Under the pieces are notes generated by a model, which searched no databases, was not told the origin of the DNA, and was given only the letters and a program-made list of their open reading frames with translations. A stretch of DNA of 56,408 bases, counting the filler, from Squatina squatina (taxonomy: Eukaryota), in the NCBI GenBank assembly GCA_031763465.1. It is 3 parts of 3 records of this genome, joined end to end, with 100 filler letters (N's around TTAATTAATTAA, not from the genome) between each part and the next. Parts side by side here need not be neighbours in the genome. Positions count along the whole stretch, not along the records: positions 1 to 16,865 come from JARFOE010000072.1; positions 16,966 to 40,144 come from JARFOE010000092.1; 1 more part is not named here. The stretch is one strand, 5' to 3'. Position 1 is the stretch's first letter. Every line of letters starts with the position of its first letter. Of this stretch, positions 13,274 to 23,659 are shown piece by piece. Made by a program: the position numbers and the translations under genes.

Positions 13274-14439
13274 CTACATTCATCAGGAGAAAAGAACAAA
13301 GCCGTTGCGGAGTCATGCGTAGAAACTTCTGGACTTTTAATAGAGGGATGAGAGAGCAGATATGCATGCCTAAAACTGTAACAGGAGTTCAAAGATGAGA
13401 TTTCAGCCTTGAAATCATTCTTTACCACCCACCAATGATATTCTTTTTATAACATGGAGGGTGGAGATCATGGGTNNNNNNNNNNACTCCATTTTGGAGA
13501 GGGCTGGGCTCCATTTTGGGGCTGGTTTGACTCCTTTTATTGCATTCTATGTCACTGCTGCATAATGACATTCAGGATGAATCATGAATAATTATGGCAA
13601 AAATCACCCTAAATTTAGGGAATCACGACCAAAGATTGACTACAGGGAAATAATAGTGGATAGATGTCAACTCTCGTCAGATTTTTGCAGAACACTCTTG
13701 GTGAAGCAGCTTCAGTGCTCATCGATTTGTGAGCCTGGAACATGGGAATCATTTTGCTCTCACATTCAATTTGCCAGCCCATAGTTGACAAAGCTTAAAA
13801 GTGAGAATAAAAGGATTTACTAGCAAGTATTTTCCTCTTGAACACATTTTAGCTGAATCATCACCAATAAAATCAATACAGAGTAAAATGATTACTTTCA
13901 GAAGTATCTCCGTACAGTCAGAAACACTCAACTCTGACTGGTTACAGTCCAGGTAGATTTAGTACAAAAGTCACATCAACAGACTAATCAAGTCTGGCTG
14001 AGTGCTTGGCCCTCGCACATAGGCCAGCAGTGCAGCTTCCCCACCAGTTCACACTCACTCCTGACTGAAAGCTTCTCCATCCATTTTTTACAGGCCCCAG
14101 GAGCTTCGGAGAGTGGAGGAGTCTCAGGAGCAGCGTCCAGTCGGTAGGTATTTAAACTGAGCGCGAGGCTTTTCTTTTTACAGGCCCGAGGTGCGCACCC
14201 CTCTGAGAGACAGACGGCAACGTTCCACAGTCACGTCACATTTCAAAAAGTGACGCAACTGATTGGTGAGTCGCCCGGGTTTGTATTTGTTATAGTACTT
14301 TAAGGTAAGGGTTCAGTTTANNNNNNNNNNNNNNNNNNNNNNNNNNNNNNNNNNNNNNNNNNNNNNNNNNNNNNNNNNNNNNNNNNNNNNNNNNNNNNNN
14401 NNNNNNNNNNNNNNNNNNNNATGTGCACTTGAAGTGCTA

Positions 14440-14565
14440 CAACCTACAGGGCTATGGACCACGAGCTGGAAAGTGAGATTAGGCTGGATAGCTCTTTTTC
14501 AGCGGACACAGACACAATGGGCCGAATGGCCTCCTTCTGTGCTGTAAATTTCTATGATTCTATGA
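14440..14565 (+). mobile_element. CR1-like LINE 3' end
   Basis: gggccgaatggcctccttctgtgctgtaaatttctatgattctatga terminal motif. Confidence 0.75.
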
Positions 14566-15031
14566 AAACTCTGGAGAGCATCAGTTCACACAGCTGATAT
14601 AATAGGCAGACATTCTATGTGCCCAAACTCAACTTTACCTGAAGAGATCACTAAAGTTCTTCACCGCAATATCAGCATTTACTCTGAGCAGAATCAAATT
14701 AAACTCGTTTTTCATCAACAAATAACTTTGAAGCAAATAAGTAACATGCGGCACTGTCAAGCTAAGCATTTCTATTGGTAAGAATATAAACATCTGTCGA
14801 CGTGAATGTCCTATGTAAGGAAAGACCAAGTAATAGCTTCACAACTGAAGTACTCGTTTTGTTTCAATTTCTACACGATTGTTTATCACTGAAATGAAAC
14901 TACTGCATGAATAATGAATTGTTAAAGGAGAAACTCTCTGCAATAATTGGGCAAGATAATAGGTAATTTTGCTAAACTATCTCAATGACCTGACCCGTTA
15001 CGTAATTATCATTATTTTCAAAATGTTTCAG

Positions 15032-15202
15032 ATCTACTTCCTGCGGAGCACACAGTTGGCGGAGGAGTGGTAATTGGCGCTATCCTTGGCTGCATTTTGG
15101 GAGTCATTCTGGTCTCACTTCTTATTTACACTTTCTGTACACGCAAAAAGTCAGAGCACTTCAATCATCGCAGACTGTACGATGATCTCTCTAATGATCC
15201 GG
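15032..15202 (+). CDS. MUC15: Mucin-15 transmembrane/juxtamembrane exon
   Basis: tttcag|..LLPAEHTVGGGVVIGAILGCILGVILVSLLIYTFCTRKKSEHFNHRRLYDDLSNDP|gtaagc, 171 nt, phase 1-1. Matches the MUC15 GAILG TM segment and F.HRRLYDD motif. Not in the ORF track. Confidence 0.88.
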
Positions 15203-15389
15203 GTAAGCAATTAATAAAAATCTTGTAATGAAATATTAACTCTTACAAATAGTTCCATTTAGTTGCTGGTCAAAACAAGGTGTCAAATTNNNNNNNNNNN
15301 NNNNNNNNNNNNNNNNNNNNNNNNNNNNNNNNNNNNNNNNNNNNNNNNNNNNNNNNNNNNNNNNNNNNNNNNNNNNNNNNNNNNNNNNN

Positions 15390-15528
15390 CGGCTGCTGGT
15401 GTTCGACTCCCAGTCCCAGGTGACCATGGCCCAGTCCCATTCCCCGCTGCTGGTGTTCGACTCCCAGTCCCAGCTGACCATGGCCCAGTCCCATTCCCCG
15501 CTGCTGGTGTTCGACTCCCAGTCTCAGC
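15390..15528. repeat. 54-bp tandem repeat (about 2.5 copies visible, abuts gap)
   Basis: gctgctggtgttcgactcccagtc recurs at 15392, 15446 and 15500. Confidence 0.9.
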
Positions 15529-15819
15529 CGATGGAGTTTATCATGAGCCTGTCCAGCTCACACAACAACTTGACTTGTACAGAAAACAGTTTGTCACAGG
15601 AGGTTTGCAGCACCCATAATCTGCAGTGCTGACATCAATCATTGGCTTACCTGCCAATAAGATGCTGGCCTCCAGCTCTTTCTGCTCAAAATAAATGGAG
15701 CACTAAAAACACTACAACTGGCAACTTTGAAATTGACGCTAATGCAAATAGTTAATGGTTTTCGATTTTTGGACGATATAAGCGACTGTCCATTTTAAAC
15801 ATGGATGTTTTAAGTTGTG

Positions 15820-16095
15820 GGGACTGCACCAAAGAATGCAAGTTAAAATGACGAGGTTAAGAGTAAGAGGGGAAGGTGGGGAACTTTTTCCAAAAGAGAA
15901 ATAGATTTGGGGAATAAGCCAACAGGAAAGGCCATTGAAGCAGATAGTATAAATGGATTCAGAAGGTAAATTGAGGAACTTCTGGAGACAAAGAGGACTG
16001 AGGGAGATGGTTAAACAAATGGTAGTGAGGGTTGACTTCCCATAAAGGGATAGACTTATGGGATAAAATGGCAATTTCCTGCTCCTTAAAGGTTA
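15820..16095 (+). mobile_element. Degenerate CR1-like LINE 3' fragment
   Basis: Remnant of the RT C-terminus and 3' UTR (gggataaaatggcaatttcctgctcct). Confidence 0.55.
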
Positions 16096-16204
16096 GGCTC
16101 AAAAAACAGTGACTACTGTTCATAGAATTCAATTGTTAATAAAACAATTACTAACAGGTCTGAATTGTTCCATTATCTGTTCGGGAATTGCAACATTTTC
16201 CTAC

Positions 16205-16339
16205 CTGACTTGGCTGGACTCCGTTGTAAATAATCCATAAAGAAATACAAATAATCCGACCAGGGCAGCAGGAATAAGCATCCCGGTATACCATCCCAGC
16301 CATGCAAAATACAGGCCAATCTTTTCGCCAAAGTATCGC
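16205..16339 (-). CDS. ANO3: Anoctamin-3 exon (135 nt, TM1)
   Basis: gatag|[45 protein letters not shown]|gtagga, the canonical anoctamin [14 protein letters not shown] motif. Frame not shown in the ORF track. Confidence 0.93.
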
Positions 16340-16687
16340 CTATCGAGAATAACAGAAAAGCATTAGCATTGTTTAACATTGTACTCAACCCTGCCTTCTG
16401 TGAGAGATTGGAGGAATGAAAATTATTGCTAAGTGATGTAAACTAGCACATGTAAATACGTAATGAGAATGTTGGAAGAGTTACACACCTAAAGAGAAGT
16501 GTCAAAAAGGTGCTGAGGAAGTCTGATTTCATAGACTACAATGAACCTTTAGAAATATAAATATACACACATTTCACAACATTTTCCTTGCGGTCTAGGT
16601 TGCTCTCGCCTCCTACCTGCTCAATTTATATTACCTGTTCCTTTGGTCCTGTGATATTTGAGGACTTGATGTGTTGCAATATACATT

Positions 16688-16865
16688 GGGCCAAATCTTG
16701 CTGGAAAATTAATGGTGTGTTACTGACTCATGCCATGACTAATGATCACATCGGCCAATGAGTTCAGGGGATCAAGAGATATGTCGTGAGTTGCAAATCT
16801 CCAGAACTTGTTGATCGATTTACACCGCTCTGCCTTTTGCTTTGCACAAATGGCATTTTGCCTTT
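16688..16865. mobile_element. MITE end, same family as 8371-9119
   Basis: Starts ggccaaatcttgctgg and aligns by eye to the reverse complement of 8945-9117. Confidence 0.5.
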
Positions 16866-16965
16866 NNNNNNNNNNNNNNNNNNNNNNNNNNNNNNNNNNN
16901 NNNNNNNNNTTAATTAATTAANNNNNNNNNNNNNNNNNNNNNNNNNNNNNNNNNNNNNNNNNNNN
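16866..16965. other. Artificial scaffold spacer N44-TTAATTAATTAA-N44
   Basis: 12-mer with stops in all six frames, centred in a 100-nt block; identical construct at 40145-40244. Confidence 0.95.
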
Positions 16966-17934
16966 TCCATTCATCTTTATTGAGGATTAACTGTAGCTTA
17001 CTCTTTGCATAAACATATTATAAGATAGCCACAAGCCTTGCAATTTCCTGGAATAGACCATCAGTTATTTTTTCATTTAAGCTTGGACAAACAACATCCT
17101 TTCACCCTCATTATTCCTTCAGCACCAACATTGTCCGTCCTCGAAGGTCTGTTCACAGTGGCAGTCGGCAGCAACCAAGTATCAAAAGGGAATAGAATCT
17201 CTCCTCGCAAATAAAGAATTAAAATAATATAACTTTTAAGGACGTTATTTTATAATCACTTCAGAGTCACTTATTGTTTTATACTTTGGTTTAAGTGAGC
17301 ACAATATGAAGGCGGGTGGGGGGAGGTGTGGGATTAACTGGGCAGCTGTCTCAAACAGCCGGCAAAGGCATGATGGGCCGAATGGCTGCCTTCTGTGTTG
17401 TCTGGTTTTGTGATTCTGAGATAGGGAACTGATCAATGAACAAGTAGCATCTTCAAAAACAAGAGATCAAGAAAGCGATTAGCCTCTAATTCTCCTCACA
17501 ATATATTTATTCACGAGATTCAGATTTAGTGACCTTAAAAGGGACAAGTCCACAATCAGCAGAATAATACATTATGGGTTACAGGGGATCAATGTCGTGT
17601 CCTTATAAACAGTTGTACACACTGACTCACAATGAGCAATGCCACGGGATATCCACTACTTTATTGAATGTATGTATTTGAATTGATGTTCCCTGCATTC
17701 TTATGCTCTGTTGGATTTTCCTGCCTCAGGGAGTTGTCTAAAAAGCCTCATATGGCCACAACCAAAGGGGACAATGATCTGGTCAACCTGATGTTAGACA
17801 GATGGCGGAACAAAGAGACGGGTTTGGATGAAGCTAAGAGAGTGACGTACAACGTGATGCTGTCCTTTCCACAGAAGGAAAAACCTAACAGAGTCACTGT
17901 AGGTAAGAACTCGTCGTCCTCACCCACTGCAGTA

Positions 17935-18062
17935 TCCACATCAAACACTCACAGCACGGGTTAGATACAGAGTAAAGCTCCCTTAACACTGTCCCATCAA
18001 ACACTCCCAGGACAGGTACAGCAGGGGTTAGATACAGAGTAAAGCTCCCTCTACACTGTCCC
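17935..18062. repeat. Minisatellite (about 60-70 bp unit), abuts gap
   Basis: atcaaacactc...gggttagatacagagtaaagctccct..acactgtccc occurs twice in tandem. Confidence 0.8.
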
Positions 18063-18204
18063 NNNNNNNNNNNNNNNNNNNNNNNNNNNNNNNNNNNNNN
18101 NNNNNNNNNNNNNNNNNNNNNNNNNNNNNNNNNNNNNNNNNNNNNNNNNNNNNNNNNNNNNNTTTAGGTTCTAAATTACTGCACAACTGTTTTAATTGAG
18201 ACAT

Positions 18205-18672
18205 CAAGATTGATCCCTGGGATGAGAAGTTTATCCTGTGAGGAGAAATTGAGATTGGGCTTAAACTCTCTGGAGTTTAGAAAAATGAGAGGTGATCTCA
18301 TTGAAACAAAAGATTCTGAGGGGGATTGACAGGGTAGATGCTGAGAGGTTGTTTCCCCCTGGCTGGAGAGTCTAGAACAAGGGGGCATAGTCTCAGGGTA
18401 AGGGGTCGGCCATTTACGACTGAGGTGAGGAGGAATTTCGTCACTCAGAGGGTTGCGAATCTCTGGAATTCTCTATCGCAAAAGGCTGTGGATGCTCAGT
18501 CATTGAGTATATACACAACGTCGAGATATAATTTTGGGGTCTAGGGGAATGAAGGGATATGGGGATCGGGTAGGGAAGTGGAGTTGAGGTTAAAGGTCAG
18601 CCATGATCTTATTGAATGGCAGAGCAGGCTCGAGGGGCCACATGGCCCACTTCTGCTCCTAATTCTTGTGTT
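18205..18672 (+). mobile_element. CR1-like LINE 3' end
   Basis: FPLAGESRTRGHSLRVRGRPFTTEVRRNFVTQRVANLWNSL plus the 3' UTR. Confidence 0.9.
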
Positions 18673-18845
18673 CTAAGATCCATGATAAATACTTATTTTA
18701 TCAGGGTCTTAAAAGCACAACTTGCATAGATGACAGAAATTTAATNNNNNNNNNNNNNNNNNNNNNNNNNNNNNNNNNNNNNNNNNNNNNNNNNNNNNNN
18801 NNNNNNNNNNNNNNNNNNNNNNNNNNNNNNNNNNNNNNNNNNNNN

Positions 18846-18990
18846 TATTTAATATTGTATTCCATTGAGGCTGCCCCTAACTTCACCTGGACTTCACCCT
18901 CCAGCGGAACTGCTTTCTCTCTACCTACCCTATCAACTCCTTTGATCATCTTAAACACATCATTTAGATCAGCCCTTAATCTGTCATATT
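18846..18990 (-). mobile_element. CR1-like LINE fragment
   Basis: RLRADLNDVFKMIKGVDRVGREKAVPL. Confidence 0.7.
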
Positions 18991-19006
18991 CAGTCACTGT
19001 GAGTAC

Positions 19007-19143
19007 TTGCACAAACATCTTTGCTGGCTTCTGTGCAAGCTCGCGGTATCCTGGTGCCGCCAATGTGCACCCGATGCCATTTGCCCATTTGCCATGTTTA
19101 CCGAAGCCGCGAATGCCCAGTAGCCAGGAGAAGGTCGCTGGAT
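19007..19143 (-). CDS. Unassigned candidate exon
   Basis: Long pyrimidine tract, then caacag|..PATFSWLLGIRGFGKHGKWANGIGCTLAAPGYRELAQKPAKMFVQ|gtactc (weak donor). Gene not recognised. Confidence 0.3.
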
Positions 19144-19190
19144 CTGTTGGTCACCGGGGGCAGGGTGGGGGGAGCGGCGGCAGTGGAACA

Positions 19191-19582
19191 GGGAGAGAGA
19201 GAGAGGGAGAGATCGAGGGGGGAAAGAGAGAGAGAGAGGGAGAGTGGGAGACAGAGAGGGGATGAGGGAGAGAACGAGTGAGAGACGAGAGGCGGAGAGA
19301 GAGTGCAAGAGAGAGAGAGAGTGGTGAAGAGTGGGTATGGAGAGAGAGAGTGTATAAAGAGAGAGGGATAGAGAAAGAGAGAGAGAGCGAGGGAAGAGTG
19401 GCAAAGAGCGAGGTGGGAAGAGACGGGGAGACAGAGAGAGGGGGAGAGAGAGGGAGGAAAGAGAGAGAGGGAGGTAGAGAGACAACTGTGTAGAGAGAGA
19501 GAGAGAGGAGAGAGAATAGTAGAGTCGGGGAGAGAGAGAGCATTCAAGGGGAAGAGAGAGCATTGGAGGGAGGGGAGAGAAG
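19191..19582. repeat. GA-rich simple/low-complexity repeat
   Basis: Imperfect (GA)n; explains the S/L/P-rich ORFs at 18994-19563. Confidence 0.9.
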
Positions 19583-20475
19583 GTCAGAAACTTGGGGAGA
19601 GGAGATCAGGACCTCGAGTGGGAGAGGAGGTCAGGAACTCAGGGGCAAGGGGGTAAATAGCATAGAGAGCTCAGTGGGNNNNNNNNNNGGGGAACGACGG
19701 TGATCCAGTTCGAAACGGGGTGGAGGAATGAGAGCGAGAACGTGACCCAGATGGTAAGACGGTTCACATTCTTCCAACCCCAAACACACATCACATACTC
19801 CCTCTCCTTCCCCTGGATCTGGTTGATTTCTTGGAAAGCTCACTACGTGTGTGGCAAGTGGTATCACTGGACTGGATGAAATCCAGAGCTCATGATACTG
19901 TTGCTATTCACATCATAGCCAAAAAACCTGTTAACAATCTGTGACCCACACACAATGGCCCATCTATGTATGGTGTGGGGAATGTTCGGGAAATTGCTGG
20001 GGGAGAAGGTCAGGAACTTGGAGGGGGAAGAATCTTGGGCTGAGGGAGAAGGTTAGTAGGCGTGGGGGCGGGGGGTGTCATGGCGGTGGGGAATGACGGT
20101 CAGCAGCCCAGGAGGGGTAAGAAGGTCAGGAACTTGGGCAGTGGGTGGAGGTCAGGAACTCGGGCTGGTGGTCTTTTGGAGGAGCATTTCAGGAACTTCG
20201 GTGGGAGATCACAAACTTGGGCATGGGGAGAAGTTCAGCAACTTTTGCAGGGAGAGGTCAGGAACTTGAGCGGGAGAGAGCAGATCAGAAACTCAGGAAG
20301 GGTGGGGATGGTCAGGAAATTGAGTGGGGAGGGGATGTCAGAAACTTGGATGGTGAAGTCAGGAACATGGGCAGAGGGAGAAGGTCAGGAACTTAAGTGT
20401 TTAGGGAGGCCAGGAACTTGTAGGGAGGCAAAAGATCGGAAACTCAGGGGATGAAATGAGGGTTAGGAACTTGTT
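19583..20475. repeat. Degenerate G-rich minisatellite
   Basis: Core ggtcaggaactt recurs many times at 19583-19640 and 20008-20472. Confidence 0.75.
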
Positions 20476-20754
20476 TGTGGGTGGGAGAAGGTCTTAACCC
20501 ATGAAGATGAGCCCCGTCTGTTCTATGTGAGCTCTGTTATGTCTGGAGCCTGGCAATCAGAATGGCTCAAATTACAATGTGCAAAGTACTTGATTACTTA
20601 AGCAGGCAGGATCTAATTGCACATTCCAGATAAACTGCTGGGTGTATCTTGTCCTTTACACTTGGAGATCATTCATGCTGCTCCTGCATTTTTGAAGTTA
20701 CCAAATTAACTATATTCCCAAGTACTGTTTTCTCATCCTTTTTGTACATTTCAG

Positions 20755-20916
20755 CCTGGTAGATGTGCATTGGCAAAGAATCCTTTGAGGGTTGACACTT
20801 GCAATTATAAAGCGGCTACAGAGGTCTCATACAAAGATATCATGAAGCACATGCCGAAATCAATTACCGGCAAATATTGGGATGATGATCAGAAAGCTCC
20901 ATATTATGTCTACTTG
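20755..20916 (+). CDS. CTBS: Di-N-acetylchitobiase (GH18) like exon, 162 nt
   Basis: tttcag|PGRCALAKNPLRVDTCNYKAATEVSYKDIMKHMPKSITGKYWDDDQKAPYYVYL|gtaaga. Aligns with the remembered CTBS segment C..AK.PFRG.PCSDAAG.QV.YK.IMK....S..G..WD.DQ.APYY.Y. Confidence 0.8.
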
Positions 20917-20964
20917 GTAAGATTATCAATCAATGGATGCGCGAATCACCTAAAAACTTTAAGC

Positions 20965-21215
20965 GTTAGGCCTTTAGGGAAGGAATTCTGCCATTCTTAC
21001 CTGGTCTGGCCTATATGTGACTCCAGACCCACAGCAATGTGGTTGACTCTTATCTTCCCTCTGAAATGGCCGAGCAAGCCACTCAGTTGTAAACAACCGC
21101 CGCTGCAGCGGTTCAAGAAGGTGCTCATCACCACCTTCTCAAGGACAACTAGGGATGGGCGATAAATGCTGGCCTTGCCAACGACGCCCACATCCCAAGA
21201 ACTAATATTTTTTTT
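20965..21215 (+). mobile_element. SINE/LINE 3' portion (MER131-like core with shark LINE tail)
   Basis: cctttagggaaggaattctgcc...gactccagacccacagcaatgtgg...gggatgggcgataaatgctggcc, shared with 45500-45870 and 42165-42640. Confidence 0.7.
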
Positions 21216-21400
21216 TAAAGTTGGATACGCGCAGCCGCGTTTTGGACGAGCTTAATTTTATCGATGGTGGGATGCGACCAAGAGAGCATTGGACTAGTCC
21301 CATCTGGAGGTAACAAGACCATAGCTGAGGATTTCGGCAGCAGATGAGCTGAGACGGGTGTAGACAGGTGATGTTTATGGAGGTGGAAGTAGGCAGTCTT
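21216..21400 (-). mobile_element. L2-like LINE fragment
   Basis: Degenerate FHL.NI..L.P.LS..AAEIL...LVTSR.D.SNALL...KLVQNAAARI. Confidence 0.7.
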
Positions 21401-22293
21401 TGAAGGGCATCTGTCCCAGTGGTCTCATATTGGTAAATGAAGGTTCTTGTGGATGCCAACTTTAGCCTGGACACAATCCTTTGGGACTGCACTGAGGTTT
21501 TTGGTCTTTCTTGTCTATCTTCAGTGACGGTAAATTCCATATGCAGGTTAACTTTATACTGCATAAAAGGTGTCCAAACAGTCCTCTTTCATAGATCATA
21601 ACTCCTAGGCATGCAATTGAATGGCTATCTTCAGTCCATGTACAAGATCCAGTACCAAACCTTTCCGTAGATTTATGGGGAAAACCAGAAACAGTTATGG
21701 GGACATGTAGACATCAGAAAGAATGATCCGAAGAAATGTTCCAGCTATATTTGCAATACACCAAAAGAAAGATCCTTTTTTTGGGGATAGGTTGGACTAA
21801 AATATAAGAGGACTAGGTTCTGGCAGAAATGTTAAGTAGATTCTTCTCATGAATCTTGACCGACTGTGGTAAAATTCATTTGGGCAAAAAACTTTGGAAC
21901 ACAAGTATACATAAGTAAAATGTGTGCTTTGAAGAAACTGAATATTCATATCTACCAAGGCCAGATGGGACAGATGATACAATCTTCAAGGAAGGGAGTA
22001 AAGCCCTGGTTAATGTTCCGAGGAAATCCGAAATCCAAAACCCGGCTGCGCGTATCCAACTTAAAAAAAAAATATTAGTTCTTGTGATGTGGGCGTCCTT
22101 GGCAAGGCCAGCATTTATCGCCCATCCCTAGTTGTCCTTGAGCAGGTGGTGATGAGCCGCCGCCTTGAACCGCTGCAGTCCTTGTAGTGAAGGNNNNNNN
22201 NNNNNNNNNNNNNNNNNNNNNNNNNNNNNNNNNNNNNNNNNNNNNNNNNNNNNNNNNNNNNNNNNNNNNNNNNNNNNNNNNNNNNNNNNNNNN

Positions 22294-22861
22294 AAACCAG
22301 GAAGTTATGCTAAACCATTTATAAATTGCTGGTTGGGCCCCAGCTGGAGTATTGGGTACAATTTTGGGCCCCGCACTTTAGGAAGAATGTCAAGACATCG
22401 GAGAGGGTGCGGAGGAGATTTACCAGAATGGTCCCAGGGATGAGGAAGGACTGGAGAAGCTGGGATTGTTCTCCTTAGAACTGCTGTAGCCTGGGCCCTA
22501 AGCTCTGGAATTCCCTGCCTAAACCCCTCCACCTCCACCTCTCTCTTCTCCTTTAAGACACTCTTTAAAACCTCCCTCTTTGACCAGATTTTTGGTCACC
22601 TGCCCTAATTTCTCCTTATGTGGCTCGGTGTCAAATTTTTTGTCTCCTAATATTCTGTGAAGCGCCTTGGGATGTTTTACTATGTTAAAGGCGCTATCTA
22701 AATACAAGTTGTTGTGGTTGTAAAGAGAAGGTTAAGAGGAGATTTGATAGGTGTTCAAAATCTTGAAGGGTTTTGATAGTAAACAAGGAGAAACTTTTTT
22801 CCAGTGACAGGAGGGTCGGTAACCAGAGAGACACCGATTGAAGGTAATCGGCTAAAGAACC
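22294..22861 (+). mobile_element. CR1-like fragment interrupted by an L2 3' end (about 22482-22720)
   Basis: CR1 sequence gggattgttctccttagaa resumes at agagaaggttaagaggagatttgatag. The insert ends aaggcgctatctaaatacaagttgttg (L2-type tail). Confidence 0.75.
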
Positions 22862-22961
22862 NNNNNNNNNNNNNNNNNNNNNNNNNNNNNNNNNNNNNNN
22901 NNNNNNNNNNNNNNNNNNNNNNNNNNNNNNNNNNNNNNNNNNNNNNNNNNNNNNNNNNNNN

Positions 22962-23086
22962 AGACCCTGAGCTGGGACACTCTGGGCTGGGACACCCTGA
23001 GCTGGGACACCCTGAGCTGGTACACCCTGAGCTGGGACACCCTGAGCTGTGATACCCTGAGCTGGGACACCCTGAGCTGGGACACC
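22962..23086. repeat. 15-bp tandem repeat (CCCTGAGCTGGGACA)n
   Basis: About 8 copies next to a gap. Confidence 0.92.
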
Positions 23087-23216
23087 CATTCCCCATCGCC
23101 CCTCTCCCCTCAATCCCATTCCCTGTCCTTTCCCCATTCTCCCATCGACCCTCAGTCCCATTCCTTACCTTATCACCATTCCCCCAAAATCCCATCGTGG
23201 ACACAGAGGCGAATTC

Positions 23217-23640
23217 ACCCACAGACAGACTGAGGGAGAGGGGCCTGGGGTAACCCACCCACCCACTGATAGACTGAGGGAGCAAGTCCTGGGGTAACCC
23301 ACGCACTGATAGACTGAGGGAGAGGGGCCCGGGGTATCCCACCCACCCACTGATAGACTGAGGGAGCAAGTCCTGGGGTAACCCACCCACCGACAGACTG
23401 AGGGAGAGGGGCCTAGGGTAACCCAAACACTGACAGACTGAGGGAGAGGGGCCTGGGGTAACCCATCCACCCACCCACGAACAGACCGAAGGAGAGGGGC
23501 CTGGGATAACCCAGCCACTGACAGATTGAGGGAGAGGGGTCTGGGGTAACCCACCCACTGACAGACTGAGGGAGAGGGCCCTGGGGTAACCCACTCACTG
23601 ACAGACTGAGGGAGAGGGGCCTGGGGTAACCCACCCACTG
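23217..23640. repeat. About 40-48 bp minisatellite
   Basis: Unit cactgacagactgagggagaggggcctggggtaacccac(cc)n, about 10 copies. Confidence 0.92.
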
Positions 23641-23659
23641 TGGAGACAGGGAAGGCGGT

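Noticed and set aside
16910-16921. PacI-containing palindrome TTAATTAATTAA as a biological site
   Set aside because: It is centred in N44 flanks and repeated identically at 40189, so it is an assembly linker.
16995-17205. Minus-strand exon-like stretch with acceptor and donor
   Set aside because: All three frames contain stops and no homology is recognisable.
18994-19563. Ser/Leu/Pro-rich and Glu/Arg-rich ORFs
   Set aside because: They arise from (GA/CT)n low-complexity sequence.
19689-19753. Possible + strand exon end (GTTVIQFETGWRNESENVTQM|gtaaga)
   Set aside because: Truncated by a 10-N gap, embedded in minisatellite, and not matching CTBS; too little evidence.
22755-23638. Long ORFs (279, 157, 155 aa) with repeating peptides
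   Set aside because: These are translations of 15-bp and approx. 44-bp minisatellites, partly across a gap, with no splice or homology support.
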